Source of the DNA: Candidatus Yanofskybacteria bacterium
GTDB lineage: Bacteria; Patescibacteriota; Minisyncoccia; 2-02-FULL-40-12; GWA2-44-9
NCBI GenBank assembly: GCA_020852375.1
Contig: JADZAY010000008.1
Location: forward strand, 9,688 to 73,687
Direction: 5' to 3'
DNA length: 64,000 nt
Both the position numbers and the translations under genes were made by a program. The notes beneath the pieces are model-generated. The model saw only the letters and a list, made by a program, of their open reading frames with translations, searched no databases and was not told the DNA's origin. Position 1 is the stretch's first letter; each line of letters starts with the position of its first letter. Shown here one piece after another: positions 44,771-54,757 of this stretch.

Positions 44771-47700
44771 ATGGCGGAATTCAAGGAGCTCGAAGAGCGA
44801 ATACAAAAGTTCTGGGAAGACAACGACGTCTTCCGAAAAAGCATGCGCCAGCGCGAGGGCGCTGAGCCATTCGTGTTCTACGAGGGTCCGCCGACCGCGA
44901 ACGGGAATCCGGGGATCCACCATGTGATCGCGCGCATCTTCAAAGATATCTTCAACCGCTACCAGACCATGCGGGGGCGCTATGTGCTCCGCAAGGGGGG
45001 ATGGGATACCCATGGTCTTCCGGTCGAGATCCAAGTCGAGAAAGAGCTCGGGTTCAAGAGCAAGAAGGACATCGAGGCGTTCGGTATCGCTCCGTACAAC
45101 GCCAAATGCCGCGAGTCGGTGTGGAAGTTTAAGAGCGAGTGGGACCGTTTCACACGCCGCATCGGCTACTGGGTGGATCTGCAGAACCCGTACATTACCT
45201 ACGAGAATCCCTACATCGAATCGCTCTGGAACATCATCGGACGGTTCTGGGAGCGAAAGCTTCTGTATCAGGCGCATCGGGTTGTGCCGTACTGCACGCG
45301 GTGCGGGACGCCGCTTTCGAGTCACGAGGTTGCGCAGGGATATAAAACGGTCACCGACACGTCGGTCTATCTGAAGTTCAAGATCAAAAGCACGAAGGTG
45401 AAGATCAACGGCGTCTCCGTGCCGAAGGGAACGTACCTGCTCGCATGGACGACGACCCCGTGGACGCTTCCTGGGAATGTTGCGCTAGCGGTCGGTTCGA
45501 CCGTTCGCTATGCGCTTGCCCGGCGGAACGATGAGCACTTTATCCTCGCCGCCGATCTTGCCAATAGCGTCTTGGGCGCGCCGCTCGAGATCCTTGGCGA
45601 GTTTGATGGCGCGAGCTTGGTCGGCACGACCTACGAGCCGCTCTTTCCGGTGCGTGCGCTCAAGAAGCCGGCATCCTATAAAGTGTACGAGGCGGACTTC
45701 GTCACGACGACGGACGGCACAGGGATCGTGCACACCGCTGTTATGTACGGAGAGGACGACTATCGGCTCGGTGTCGCCGTTGGGTTGCCGCGCGTCCATA
45801 CGGTGGATGAGCGCGGAAAGTTCGTGGGAGTTTCCGATGATCTTGATGGGCGGTATGTGAAATCCGCCGAGACAGAGGCGCTGATTCTCGACCAGCTTAC
45901 CGCACGCGGTCTCCTGCTTGCGAAGGTGCCCTACGAGCATGAGTACCCGTTCTGTTGGCGATGCGATACGCCGCTGTTGTATTACGCAAAGGATAGCTGG
46001 TTCGTTCGCATGAGCTCGCTGAATGCGGAACTCCTCGCGAACAACAGCACGATCAACTGGGTCCCGAGCCACCTGAAAGAGGGGCGATTCGGGCAATGGC
46101 TCCGCGAGAGCAAGGACTGGAACTTTTCGCGTGAACGATATTGGGGCACGCCGCTCCCGATCTGGGCCGCCCGTGACCGGCGGGGGCAGATCGTCGGTCA
46201 GCCGCTGGTCGTTTCGTCGTTGGAGGATCTCACCGAATACCGCGCAGACGCGCCGGCGACGATCTGGGCCGTTCGCCATGGAGAGTCGCTCAAGAACGTT
46301 GAGGGTATCATCGATCAGGGGGAAGGGGACTCTCCGCTGACCGATACAGGGCGAGAGCAAGTCATCGCGGCGGCGCGTGCATTCAAGCGTGAACTTGCCC
46401 GCAAGCGGGTGAAGCTGTCGGTTGTGGTGACATCGCCGATCCAGCGCACGATGCAGACCGCAGAGCTGTTTGCTCAGGAGCTTGGCATCAAGAAGGTAGT
46501 TTCGGATGACCGCCTGCGAGAGATCCGTCTCGGGCCGAGCCTGCAGGGGTGTCACGATGCGGCATACCACGAACGGTATCCGACCTATGAGCGGAAGTTC
46601 ACCGAGCAGCCCCCCGGAGGGGAGTCGTTGGCCGACCTGCGCGCGCGCATGTGGGGCGTCTTGAAAGATTTCAATGATTCCTACGCGGGGAGGCATGTGC
46701 TGGTGGTAAGTCACGAGTATCCGATCTGGATGCTGGTGGATGCCGCGAATGGCTGGACGACCGCCGAATCCATCACTGAGAAAGAGCGGCGCGGTTCCGA
46801 TTTTGTCCCGTACGCAACTCCCGAGAAGGTCGTCGCGAAGAACCTCCCAAGAAATGCGCGTGGCGAAGTCGATCTGCACCGGCCCTATATCGACGACATT
46901 GTCCTCAAGCGGGGAGGGAAGGTGCTGCGGCGCGTCCCGGAGATTTGTGACGTGTGGTTCGATTCCGGGGCTATGCCGTATGCGCAATGGCATTGGCCGT
47001 TCGAGAACGAGTCAGTGTTCGAGCGGCAGTTCCCGGCGGATTTCATTTCGGAAGCCGTCGACCAGACGCGTGGGTGGTTCTATACGCTCCTGGCGGTATC
47101 CACTGCACTCGGCATGAAGGCGCCGTTCAAGAACGTCGTATCGTTAGGGCATGTCCTCGACGAGAAAGGGCAGAAGATGTCCAAGTCGCGCGGCAATGTG
47201 ATCTTCCCGAACGATGTGTTCGATGCGGTCGGCGTCGACGCGACTCGCTGGTATTTCTACACTGTGAACGCTCCCGGGGACACCAAGAACTTTAGCGTGC
47301 GCGAAGTGCGGGAGCGGTTGACCGGATTCCTGGGAACGCTGGGGAACTGCCTGCGGTTCTACGAGTTGTACCGAACGGAGCACGAGAACGACTCCGAGAA
47401 CGAGGGGCATCTGCTCGACGAATGGGTCCTCTCGCGGCTCAATGAGGTGACGGTGTTGGTAACGGATCGCCTCGATCACTACGACACCACGGCTGCCGCG
47501 CGGGAGCTCGAGCGATTTGTTGTCGATGATTTCAGCCAGTGGTGGCTTCGACGGAGCAGGAAACGTAACGGCGCGCTTCCGGTGTTGCGCCGCGTGCTGC
47601 GTTCGCTGGCACTCTTGCTGGCGCCGTTCATCCCGTTCACCGCAGAGGATCTCTGGCAGAAACTGAAGCGTTCGGGAGATCCGGAATCCGTTCACCTCGC

Positions 47701-48232
47701 CGATTGGGAGGCGGGCAATGCGCGTCTTGTGAACGACGAGCTTCACCAGCACATGAAGCAGGTGCGGGAGCACATCAGTGCGGGGCTGGCGATACGAAAG
47801 GAGCAGCAGATCCGAGTGCGCCAGCCGCTTCGGTCGGTGACCGTTCCGGGCAATGCGTTGCCTGCGGATCTCGAGATGCTCATCAAAGACGAGCTGAACG
47901 TGAAAGAGGTCGCTTATGCGCCGGGAGTTCCGGTATCGCTCGACACGACCATTGGCGCGGAGTTGCGGGCCGAAGGGTTCGCGCGGGAGGTGATGCGCGC
48001 GGTCCAGGATATGCGTAAGGAGGCCGGGTGCCGCGTAAGCGACCGGGTACAGTGTTTCTGGTCTAGCGAGGACGCGGAAGTGTCCCGTGCGCTGCTTTCC
48101 TACACACAGATGATCGCGGACGAGACCGGGCTTTCGGTATTCACGAACCAGCGTGATGCAGGCGTCTTCGCTCTGGAGAAGACGACCGACCTCATTCCCG
48201 GGAAGACGATCTGGATCGCACTTCGCACCTAA
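44771..48232 (+). CDS. ileS: Isoleucyl-tRNA synthetase (type 2 architecture) with an inserted histidine-phosphatase (PGAM-like) domain
   Basis: 1153 aa. Order of motifs: PTANGNPGIHH, CP1 editing domain, HEYPFCWRCDTPL, WNFSRERYWGTPLPIW, then a roughly 200-aa insert, then DVWFDSGAMPYAQ and KMSKSRGNV. The insert has WAVRHGESLKN, LTDTGREQ and LVVSHEYPIW, the RHG/His-phosphatase signature. A C-terminal anticodon-binding extension is present. Confidence 0.9.
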   Translation: MAEFKELEERIQKFWEDNDVFRKSMRQREGAEPFVFYEGPPTANGNPGIHHVIARIFKDIFNRYQTMRGRYVLRKGGWDTHGLPVEIQVEKELGFKSKKDIEAFGIAPYNAKCRESVWKFKSEWDRFTRRIGYWVDLQNPYITYENPYIESLWNIIGRFWERKLLYQAHRVVPYCTRCGTPLSSHEVAQGYKTVTDTSVYLKFKIKSTKVKINGVSVPKGTYLLAWTTTPWTLPGNVALAVGSTVRYALARRNDEHFILAADLANSVLGAPLEILGEFDGASLVGTTYEPLFPVRALKKPASYKVYEADFVTTTDGTGIVHTAVMYGEDDYRLGVAVGLPRVHTVDERGKFVGVSDDLDGRYVKSAETEALILDQLTARGLLLAKVPYEHEYPFCWRCDTPLLYYAKDSWFVRMSSLNAELLANNSTINWVPSHLKEGRFGQWLRESKDWNFSRERYWGTPLPIWAARDRRGQIVGQPLVVSSLEDLTEYRADAPATIWAVRHGESLKNVEGIIDQGEGDSPLTDTGREQVIAAARAFKRELARKRVKLSVVVTSPIQRTMQTAELFAQELGIKKVVSDDRLREIRLGPSLQGCHDAAYHERYPTYERKFTEQPPGGESLADLRARMWGVLKDFNDSYAGRHVLVVSHEYPIWMLVDAANGWTTAESITEKERRGSDFVPYATPEKVVAKNLPRNARGEVDLHRPYIDDIVLKRGGKVLRRVPEICDVWFDSGAMPYAQWHWPFENESVFERQFPADFISEAVDQTRGWFYTLLAVSTALGMKAPFKNVVSLGHVLDEKGQKMSKSRGNVIFPNDVFDAVGVDATRWYFYTVNAPGDTKNFSVREVRERLTGFLGTLGNCLRFYELYRTEHENDSENEGHLLDEWVLSRLNEVTVLVTDRLDHYDTTAAARELERFVVDDFSQWWLRRSRKRNGALPVLRRVLRSLALLLAPFIPFTAEDLWQKLKRSGDPESVHLADWEAGNARLVNDELHQHMKQVREHISAGLAIRKEQQIRVRQPLRSVTVPGNALPADLEMLIKDELNVKEVAYAPGVPVSLDTTIGAELRAEGFAREVMRAVQDMRKEAGCRVSDRVQCFWSSEDAEVSRALLSYTQMIADETGLSVFTNQRDAGVFALEKTTDLIPGKTIWIALRT

Positions 48233-48258
48233 AAACGACCTCCGCATCAGCGGAGGTC
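48232..48258. terminator. Bidirectional hairpin terminator between convergent ileS and the BFN gene
   Basis: AAAAAC-GACCTCCGC-ATCA-GCGGAGGTC. Confidence 0.55.
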
Positions 48259-48766
48259 AGGCTTCTGGGGGCTTGTGGGTGTGAAAGTAATCATCCCAAC
48301 TGATGTTGTCTAGGTCGCCAGTGAGAGGCTTTTGTTCGCTGGGCGGGAGATCGAACGGACTCAGACTTTGGAAGAACTCCTCGTCGATGTAGAGAGGGGC
48401 TTTTGCGAGGCGGGTAATCGAGAATGCGTCGGATGCTCTGCAGCGAATGCGCCACAAGCGCTCGCCGGAACGTAGATGGAGTGACGCTAGGAGAATGGAG
48501 TCATCATCCCGCCCTTCGAATCGGGCGCAGACGATCTCGATTTCGAGCTTGTGGAGAACCGATACCATCAATTGTTGAGGGGACGGAGGCGTGGTGGTTC
48601 TTCCTCGTGCTGCCTGGAGAATGGGTTCGATATCGTCTTCGTCGATGGCGAGAGCGATGACTTTTGTCGTACCATGCCGCCGCATGCAGAACGCAAAGTG
48701 GTCGTTATCGTCATCCTGCGGGGATTCGACCTGTACAATGCGTCCGAACACGAGTTCGATGTCCAT
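48257..48766 (-). CDS. Bifunctional nuclease (BFN/DUF151) family protein
   Basis: The start is set at MDIELVFGRIVQVES.... The conserved segments are VIALAIDEDDIEPIL and DDDSILLASLHLRSGERLWRIRCRASDAFSI. The N-terminal extension of the track ORF is not used. Confidence 0.65.
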   Translation of the reverse strand: MDIELVFGRIVQVESPQDDDNDHFAFCMRRHGTTKVIALAIDEDDIEPILQAARGRTTTPPSPQQLMVSVLHKLEIEIVCARFEGRDDDSILLASLHLRSGERLWRIRCRASDAFSITRLAKAPLYIDEEFFQSLSPFDLPPSEQKPLTGDLDNISWDDYFHTHKPPEA

Positions 48767-48849
48767 GCGCACCTCCGAATGGGTTTTACACGATTTTCCG
48801 GTTGTTGCCCAGGGGTTGCCTTGGGTCGTGGGTTCGCTACCATTGGTGC

Positions 48850-49539
48850 ATGGCAAAACTCATTACCTTTCTCGTACTTGTTGCGGCAGCTATCGGCGGC
48901 GCGCTGTATATAACATCAAAAGACGATCGTGGCCCGATCGGGGCGCCGGTGCTTTCGGAAACTCCTGCGGAAGCGACGGAGACGCCCGCGGCGTTCGCCG
49001 ACGGCATCTATCGTCTCGACGCGGCGGCATCGCGCATGGAGTGGTCGGGGACCAAGACGCTGATCGTGAACTATGTTGATCGCGGCACCGTTTCCATCGC
49101 GAGCGGTTCCGCTGCTGTGGTTGATGGCGTGGTGGCAAGCGGCTCTGTGGTCGTTGACCTCGCGACGATTACCCCGACGGTTACCGGTCGGGGGAGCGGG
49201 GAGAGCACACTGCAGAAGCATCTGAAGTCCGCTGATTTCTTCGACATCGCAAAATACCCGACCGCCACGTTCGTATTCGAGAAACTGGTACCCGCTTCAC
49301 TGTCCGGCCAATTTACTGTTTCCGGTTCGCTGACCATTAAGGGTGTTACGAAGCCGATCGAATTTCCGGCGGTGCTTACTGGAGAGGAGGACCGGCTGAC
49401 CATGGAGGCGACGGCCACGCTTGACCGCACGCAATGGGGCCTGACCTATGCGTCGGGGAACTTTTTCAAGAACCTTGGCGATAAGGTGATCGGCGACATG
49501 TTCACTGTGCACTTTGTGGCGGTCGGTACTCGCCAGTAG
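48850..49539 (+). CDS. YceI-family periplasmic protein
   Basis: The start is set at MAKLITFLVLVAAAIGGALY (signal peptide/anchor). YceI-like beta-barrel motifs include WSGTK and FDIAKYPTATF. Confidence 0.7.
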   Translation: MAKLITFLVLVAAAIGGALYITSKDDRGPIGAPVLSETPAEATETPAAFADGIYRLDAAASRMEWSGTKTLIVNYVDRGTVSIASGSAAVVDGVVASGSVVVDLATITPTVTGRGSGESTLQKHLKSADFFDIAKYPTATFVFEKLVPASLSGQFTVSGSLTIKGVTKPIEFPAVLTGEEDRLTMEATATLDRTQWGLTYASGNFFKNLGDKVIGDMFTVHFVAVGTRQ

Positions 49540-49541
49540 GG

Positions 49542-49865
49542 GTGTATACTTGCGGCATGAATGCCAACGCAGCACAAGCGGTCGCGGGCCACGCGGCAGG
49601 GAAGTCAGTGGTGCTCGATGTTCGTCGGGACGATGAGTGGGCGGCGGGGCATGCTGAGGGCGCGCTCCACTGGGAGCTTGCTCGCCTTGAGGGGGGAGAG
49701 ATGCCGGATGTTCCAAAGGACGCCACAGTGTATACCTATTGCGCAGCGGGTGGCCGCGCCGGGAAGGCGGCAGAGATCCTTGCCGCGCACGGCTGGGAGC
49801 GCGTCGCGAGCATCGGTGGGCTGAAGGACTGGGAGGAGGCTGGTGGCGCGGTCGAGCATTTGTAG
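49542..49865 (+). CDS. Rhodanese-domain protein (sulfurtransferase-like)
   Basis: 107 aa with the active-site loop YCAAGGRAGKA and its conserved Cys. Confidence 0.75.
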   Translation: MYTCGMNANAAQAVAGHAAGKSVVLDVRRDDEWAAGHAEGALHWELARLEGGEMPDVPKDATVYTYCAAGGRAGKAAEILAAHGWERVASIGGLKDWEEAGGAVEHL

Positions 49866-49890
49866 CTGTATACGCATGGGAGCAGTGTCC

Positions 49891-50349
49891 ATGAAAATTA
49901 TTGGCGTGGCATTGGTTCTGCTTGGGGCGGTCCTTTTCGGCGCGCGGTGGCTTCGGCCGGTGCTGCAGAGCGGGAGCGTCGCCACGGAGTCGCCGATGGC
50001 AACTCCGATCGCTACACCGCTTGCGGACGACGTGGTCGTCATCGATGAGCCGCTGCCGCTTGCCAGTATCAGCTCGCCGCTTCGGGTCGCGGGAAAGGCG
50101 CGAGGGACTTGGTTTTTCGAGGGGAGCTTTCCGGTCATTCTGACGGACTGGGATGGTCGCATTATCGCAACTGTTCCGGCGCAAGCGCAGAGCGAATGGA
50201 TGACGACTGATTGGGTGCCATTTGAGGCAATCCTCACCTTCGAGAAGCCGTCGTACGGCGCACGCGGCTCGCTCATATTGAAGAAGGATAATCCATCGGG
50301 ACTACCCGAGCACGATGATGCTCGAGAGATGACGATCTTTTTCCGCTAA
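49891..50349 (+). CDS. Secreted Gmad2/GerMN-like immunoglobulin-fold protein
   Basis: The start is set at MKIIGVALVLLGAV (signal). Motifs: LRVAGKARGTWFFEGSFPVILTDWDGRIIAT...ILTFEKP. Confidence 0.5.
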   Translation: MKIIGVALVLLGAVLFGARWLRPVLQSGSVATESPMATPIATPLADDVVVIDEPLPLASISSPLRVAGKARGTWFFEGSFPVILTDWDGRIIATVPAQAQSEWMTTDWVPFEAILTFEKPSYGARGSLILKKDNPSGLPEHDDAREMTIFFR

Positions 50350-50355
50350 CCGGAT

Positions 50356-50931
50356 ATGCATGTACGCGCGATCGTGATACGGAAGATCCCTGTTCGCGAA
50401 CACGACCAATTGGTCGTGTTGTATACGAAGGAGGCGGGGCGGCTTGCCGCAACGGCGAAGGGATCGCTTCGTGCAAGCAGTGCGCAGGCGCTTGCGCTCG
50501 ACGAGGGGAATATGATCGAGTGCGAGTTGGTGCAGGGGCGCAATGGTCTCCTCATCACTGGCGCCCAGGTGTCGCGAGCGTTTTCGGGTGCCAAATCATC
50601 GGTTGCCCGGTGGGCTGCGGCGCAATTCTTCCTACAGGTCATTCAGTTGTCGGTGTATGACGAGCAGCCTGATATCCAGCTCTGGCGGCACCTTGTCGAT
50701 GTCCTTGAGCAGGTTGATGGTGCTTCAGCCGACGCGCTTCTCTCGGTGTTCCGGTCTTGTCAGGGGCGCATGCTCGAGGTCCTTGGGTACGGGGCTTCGG
50801 GGGCGGCACAGCTCGTGTCGCATATCGGGAGGACACCGCTCGATGATCGGTTCGAAGAGATCGCGCAGCGCCGCATGGCCTCACTCGATCTGCTCTATGA
50901 CGCGCTTCGTCTCGCCGGGGTTTCATGCTAG
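50356..50931 (+). CDS. recO: DNA repair protein RecO (short form)
   Basis: The N-terminal OB fold (AIVIRKIPVREHDQLVVLYTKEAGRLAATAKG) and the following helical region resemble RecO. 191 aa, with no zinc-finger C-terminal domain. Confidence 0.55.
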   Translation: MHVRAIVIRKIPVREHDQLVVLYTKEAGRLAATAKGSLRASSAQALALDEGNMIECELVQGRNGLLITGAQVSRAFSGAKSSVARWAAAQFFLQVIQLSVYDEQPDIQLWRHLVDVLEQVDGASADALLSVFRSCQGRMLEVLGYGASGAAQLVSHIGRTPLDDRFEEIAQRRMASLDLLYDALRLAGVSC

Positions 50932-50941
50932 CATACAAGGC

Positions 50942-52765
50942 ATGCCAGCAGACTTTGAGATCTCGCCGCTCATTACGCCGGTGACGCCAACGCCATCGGC
51001 CCGTCCCCAAATGCCTTCGTCGGGCGGGGGAGCCGTGCCTCCTATGCGCAGACGTTCGAACCAACTCTTGAAGTGGTTGATCCTTGCGGCCGCAGGGCTT
51101 TTCGTGCTGACGGTTGGGTCTCTCTGGTGGGGCGGGAGCTCATTTTCCGATAAGGGAGTTTCGATAGCGCTGCAGGCGCCCGATCACGCAACGTCGGGGG
51201 ACGAGATCACCTATACCATCACCTATCGGAACGACACGAAGGTCCCGCTCACCGATATCCGGTTCCGCCTTTTTTATCCCGAAGGGACGATCGTCCTCAA
51301 AGACGGTGCACCAACGACACCTGAAAGTGAGGGGTTCACCGTTGACCAGCTTGATCCGGGTCGGTCAGGATCCCAGGAGGTGAAGGCTATTCTGGTCGGA
51401 GACAAGGGCGCTATGCAGACGGCTCGCCTGAAGACCATTTTCCGAGCCGGTACGCTCCGTTCGAATTTCGAAAAAGAATCAACGGCGACAACGACGATCA
51501 CGGCGCTACCGGTCACGCTGACGCTCGCTGCGCCCCCCACGACCGTCGCGGGGCAGGCGGTGCAGTATGTGCTCGATATTAGGAACGATTCGGGCGCGGA
51601 TCTTTCCGATCTCAAAGTGACGCTTGCCTATCCGGATGGATTCGTCGTCCAGAAGATGGATCCGAACCCCTCATCCGGGAACACCGTATGGAATATCGAG
51701 TCGCTGAATGCGGGGGCGGGTAAACGTATTCGCGTGGACGGAGCGCTCTCCGGCTCGGAGGGTGAGGCGAAGATCGTATCGGCGGTCATCCAGCGGAATC
51801 TGAACGGCCAGTATGTCGACTATGTCCGGACGGAGGCGTTCACCATGATCTCGAGCCCGCTCCTCTCGGTTTCCATCACTCCCGCCGGCGGACGCGACTA
51901 CGTTGCGTTTCCGGGAGATGTCCTTCGCTACACCATCGCCTACGCAAACAACTCCCGCTTCACGCTCCTCGGGCTCATGCTCGGGGTCAAGCTGGAAGGG
52001 GATATGTACGACACCTCCCGTGTCGATGTGTCTCCGGGGTTCTTTGACGACGCGACCAAGACAGCGGTATTCGATGCCGCCAGCGTTCCTGATTTTTCCG
52101 CGCTCCCTCCCGGGAAGAGCGGGAAGGTGATGCTTTCCGTTCCATTGAAGGCGGGACTTTCGGGCGGCCAACTCGGCGGCGCGAAAAGCTTCTTCGTGAA
52201 GGCGACGGCACGCTTGGCGACTTCACAGGTTCCGACCGGGATCGATGGGAATGAAGTGTTCGCGATCGACAGCGTGGTGACCAAGATCGGTTCTCAGCCC
52301 ACGCTCACGCAGGCACTGGTGTATGACGGAGGAGCCGGATCGGGCCCCTTGCCGCCGGTTGCCGGTCAGGAGACCTCGGTCATGGTGCGGTGGCAGCTTG
52401 CGAATCCGGGGAATGATGTGCGTGATGCGAAGGTCATCGCGACACTTCCCGCAGGAGTGGTGTTCGCAGGTGCGCCAACCGCGGCGCAGGGGACTGCTCC
52501 GGTGTACGACCGAACTCGGAACACCGTGACGTGGAGTGTTGGAACGCTTCCGTTCGGCACGGGGAACGGCACGCCCCGCTATGAGGCGACGTTCAAGATC
52601 TCGTTCAAGCCATCTGAGAGCCAGCGAGGACAGAGCGTCCCGCTCATCAACGGCGCGACCCTGACGGGCACCGATGCGTTTACCGGCCAGCTGGTGCAGG
52701 CGACCCTGCGCAATCTCACGACCGACAACATCGAGGGCCATCCGAACGATGGCCGGGTGCAATAA
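50942..52765 (+). CDS. Large surface protein with repeated DUF11-type (CARDB-like) beta-sandwich domains
   Basis: The start is set at MPADFEIS.... An N-terminal TM anchor is present. At least 4 repeats follow the pattern GDEITYTITYRNDT..L.D.....P.G (SGDEITYTITYRNDTKVPLTD, AGQAVQYVLDIRNDSGADLSD, PGDVLRYTIAYANNSRFTLLG, GQETSVMVRWQLANPGNDVRDA). Confidence 0.7.
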   Translation: MPADFEISPLITPVTPTPSARPQMPSSGGGAVPPMRRRSNQLLKWLILAAAGLFVLTVGSLWWGGSSFSDKGVSIALQAPDHATSGDEITYTITYRNDTKVPLTDIRFRLFYPEGTIVLKDGAPTTPESEGFTVDQLDPGRSGSQEVKAILVGDKGAMQTARLKTIFRAGTLRSNFEKESTATTTITALPVTLTLAAPPTTVAGQAVQYVLDIRNDSGADLSDLKVTLAYPDGFVVQKMDPNPSSGNTVWNIESLNAGAGKRIRVDGALSGSEGEAKIVSAVIQRNLNGQYVDYVRTEAFTMISSPLLSVSITPAGGRDYVAFPGDVLRYTIAYANNSRFTLLGLMLGVKLEGDMYDTSRVDVSPGFFDDATKTAVFDAASVPDFSALPPGKSGKVMLSVPLKAGLSGGQLGGAKSFFVKATARLATSQVPTGIDGNEVFAIDSVVTKIGSQPTLTQALVYDGGAGSGPLPPVAGQETSVMVRWQLANPGNDVRDAKVIATLPAGVVFAGAPTAAQGTAPVYDRTRNTVTWSVGTLPFGTGNGTPRYEATFKISFKPSESQRGQSVPLINGATLTGTDAFTGQLVQATLRNLTTDNIEGHPNDGRVQ

Positions 52766-52802
52766 AGCCCCCGACGCGAGCGGGCGTCGGGGGTGGTGTG
52801 TA

Positions 52803-54635
52803 CTAACGGAGAACGCCAGCGATCTGGTTGTGGAGCAATCGCTGGTATACCGAGCAGCGCCTTGCAAGCTCTTCGTGTGTACCATAATCCACCAGATGCC
52901 CCTCATCCATGACGAGGATGCGGTCAGCGCCGCGGATCGTCGAGAACCGGTGGGCGACGATGAGGGTTGTTCGATTCTTCGAGACCTCATCGAGCGCCTT
53001 CCGGAACCTGTCCTCATTTTCGGCGTCGAGACTGCTCGTCGCTTCGTCGAGGATAAGGATTGCGGGGTTCTTGATGATCGCCCGGGCGATGCCAACGCGC
53101 TGACGCTGGCCACCTGACAGCTGGATGCCGCGCTCGCCGATAACGGTGTCGTACCCGTGCTCGAGTCGACCCTTGAACTCGTCGACACAGCACAGGCGTG
53201 CGATGCGGTCGAGCTCGTCATCCGTTACGCTCGCTCGCGCTGCACGGTCGAGGCCGAATGTGATGTTGTACCGCATGGTGTTATCGAACAGGGTGACATC
53301 TTGGTCGACGAGGCCGATGGAGCGGCGGAGTCGCTTGAGCGACAACTCTCGGATGTCGTAGCCGTCGATCTTAATGAGGCCATCGGTAACATCGAACGCG
53401 CGCAGGATGAGCTTTACGAGCGTCGATTTCCCGGCACCGGACGGACCCACAATGGCCACGCGTTCACCCGGGTTGATGGTGAACGACACGCTCCCGACAG
53501 ACTCGGCGTGCTCGCCGGGCGTCTCGCCGTTCTCCGGCTCGCCGTCCACGGGAAGCGCCTTGCGTGCCGGGTAGGAGAACGAAACGTCGATGAATTCGAT
53601 CTTTCCGCGGAGCGCGGCGGGCCATATCGGTCGCGGCACTTCTTTGACGTCGGGCTCCATGGCGAGCATGTCCCAGTAGCGCTCGATAGCGGCCCGCATG
53701 GTCATGATGCGACGCTGGATATTTCCGAAGTTCTCGACTCTGCCAATGGGGGAGAGTGACCACCAGACGAGGGTGATGAACTGTCCCGGCGTTGCGGCGC
53801 CAGACGCCACCGCGTATGCCGCTGTTGCCACAACAGCGGCGACGGTGCCGCCGATGATGACGCCGTTCTTTGCGGCGTTCTTCAGGAGGTAGGAGAGCCA
53901 GATTCGTTTTGCGAATACATGAACCTTCCCGATGCTTTCCTGTGTTTCGGCGACCATGCGCTTTTCCTGCGCGCTGAACTGCACGAGCGGGATGTTGCGC
54001 ATAACCTCTGCGTACAACCGGCTGTCGTCGTGCCACATGCGCTCGAGTTTCTTGAGCTGGGGCACGAACGGGCGATTGATCAAGTAGGTCGCAACAAGGT
54101 AGGCGATGATGCCGCTGATGACAACCGTCCCGACCCGCCAGTTTAGCCACAGGAGGCCGACGATGAGGATGCAGACCTCCAGCACGAGCGGCGCGACCTC
54201 GTAGATGAGGGTGTACGCCATGGTGCTGAGCGAGTGCTGGCCCTTGTTGACCACGGACTGCTTGAGCCCGGAGTTCTCTGCCATGTGCTGACCGGGAGAG
54301 AACTCCATGAGGCGTTCGAGCGTGCGTCGCGCGGTCAGTTGGCCGACCTCGAAGTCGAGTCGTGCGACCTCGATGTGCTGGCGCAGGCCCCAGAGGGCGT
54401 TCGATGCGAGCGATGTGCCCAGAAGGAGTCCGATGATCGGGAGTACGCTCACCATAGCTTCTCGGAGCGGGAGCGTATGGGCGTTGGCGGAGATGAGGCG
54501 GTCGCTGATCACTCCGAACAGGTAGGGGCGGACCATCGAGATGATCTGCCCGATGATGAGGAGGCCGAACACGACGGTCGCAGGGGCGCGGAATGTCCGG
54601 TAGACCTCGAGGGTCCGGCGAAGAAATCCCAGCAT
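52803..54635 (-). CDS. ABC transporter, fused permease/ATP-binding protein (MsbA-like exporter)
   Basis: Six N-terminal TM helices. The NBD has Walker A GPSGAGKST, signature LSGGQRQRVGIARA, Walker B ILILDEATSSLD and an H-loop. Confidence 0.9.
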   Translation of the reverse strand: MLGFLRRTLEVYRTFRAPATVVFGLLIIGQIISMVRPYLFGVISDRLISANAHTLPLREAMVSVLPIIGLLLGTSLASNALWGLRQHIEVARLDFEVGQLTARRTLERLMEFSPGQHMAENSGLKQSVVNKGQHSLSTMAYTLIYEVAPLVLEVCILIVGLLWLNWRVGTVVISGIIAYLVATYLINRPFVPQLKKLERMWHDDSRLYAEVMRNIPLVQFSAQEKRMVAETQESIGKVHVFAKRIWLSYLLKNAAKNGVIIGGTVAAVVATAAYAVASGAATPGQFITLVWWSLSPIGRVENFGNIQRRIMTMRAAIERYWDMLAMEPDVKEVPRPIWPAALRGKIEFIDVSFSYPARKALPVDGEPENGETPGEHAESVGSVSFTINPGERVAIVGPSGAGKSTLVKLILRAFDVTDGLIKIDGYDIRELSLKRLRRSIGLVDQDVTLFDNTMRYNITFGLDRAARASVTDDELDRIARLCCVDEFKGRLEHGYDTVIGERGIQLSGGQRQRVGIARAIIKNPAILILDEATSSLDAENEDRFRKALDEVSKNRTTLIVAHRFSTIRGADRILVMDEGHLVDYGTHEELARRCSVYQRLLHNQIAGVLR

Positions 54636-54757
54636 GGCTTCTCCTTCAGTTGGAAATGTTCTCTATCTTTCGGGGATGTACTATACATAAAAACACTGAA
54701 AAGTCAATCTTTTGGCGCCTGGATTCCCGAAGGTGAGTGGGGTATGATGACCAGACC

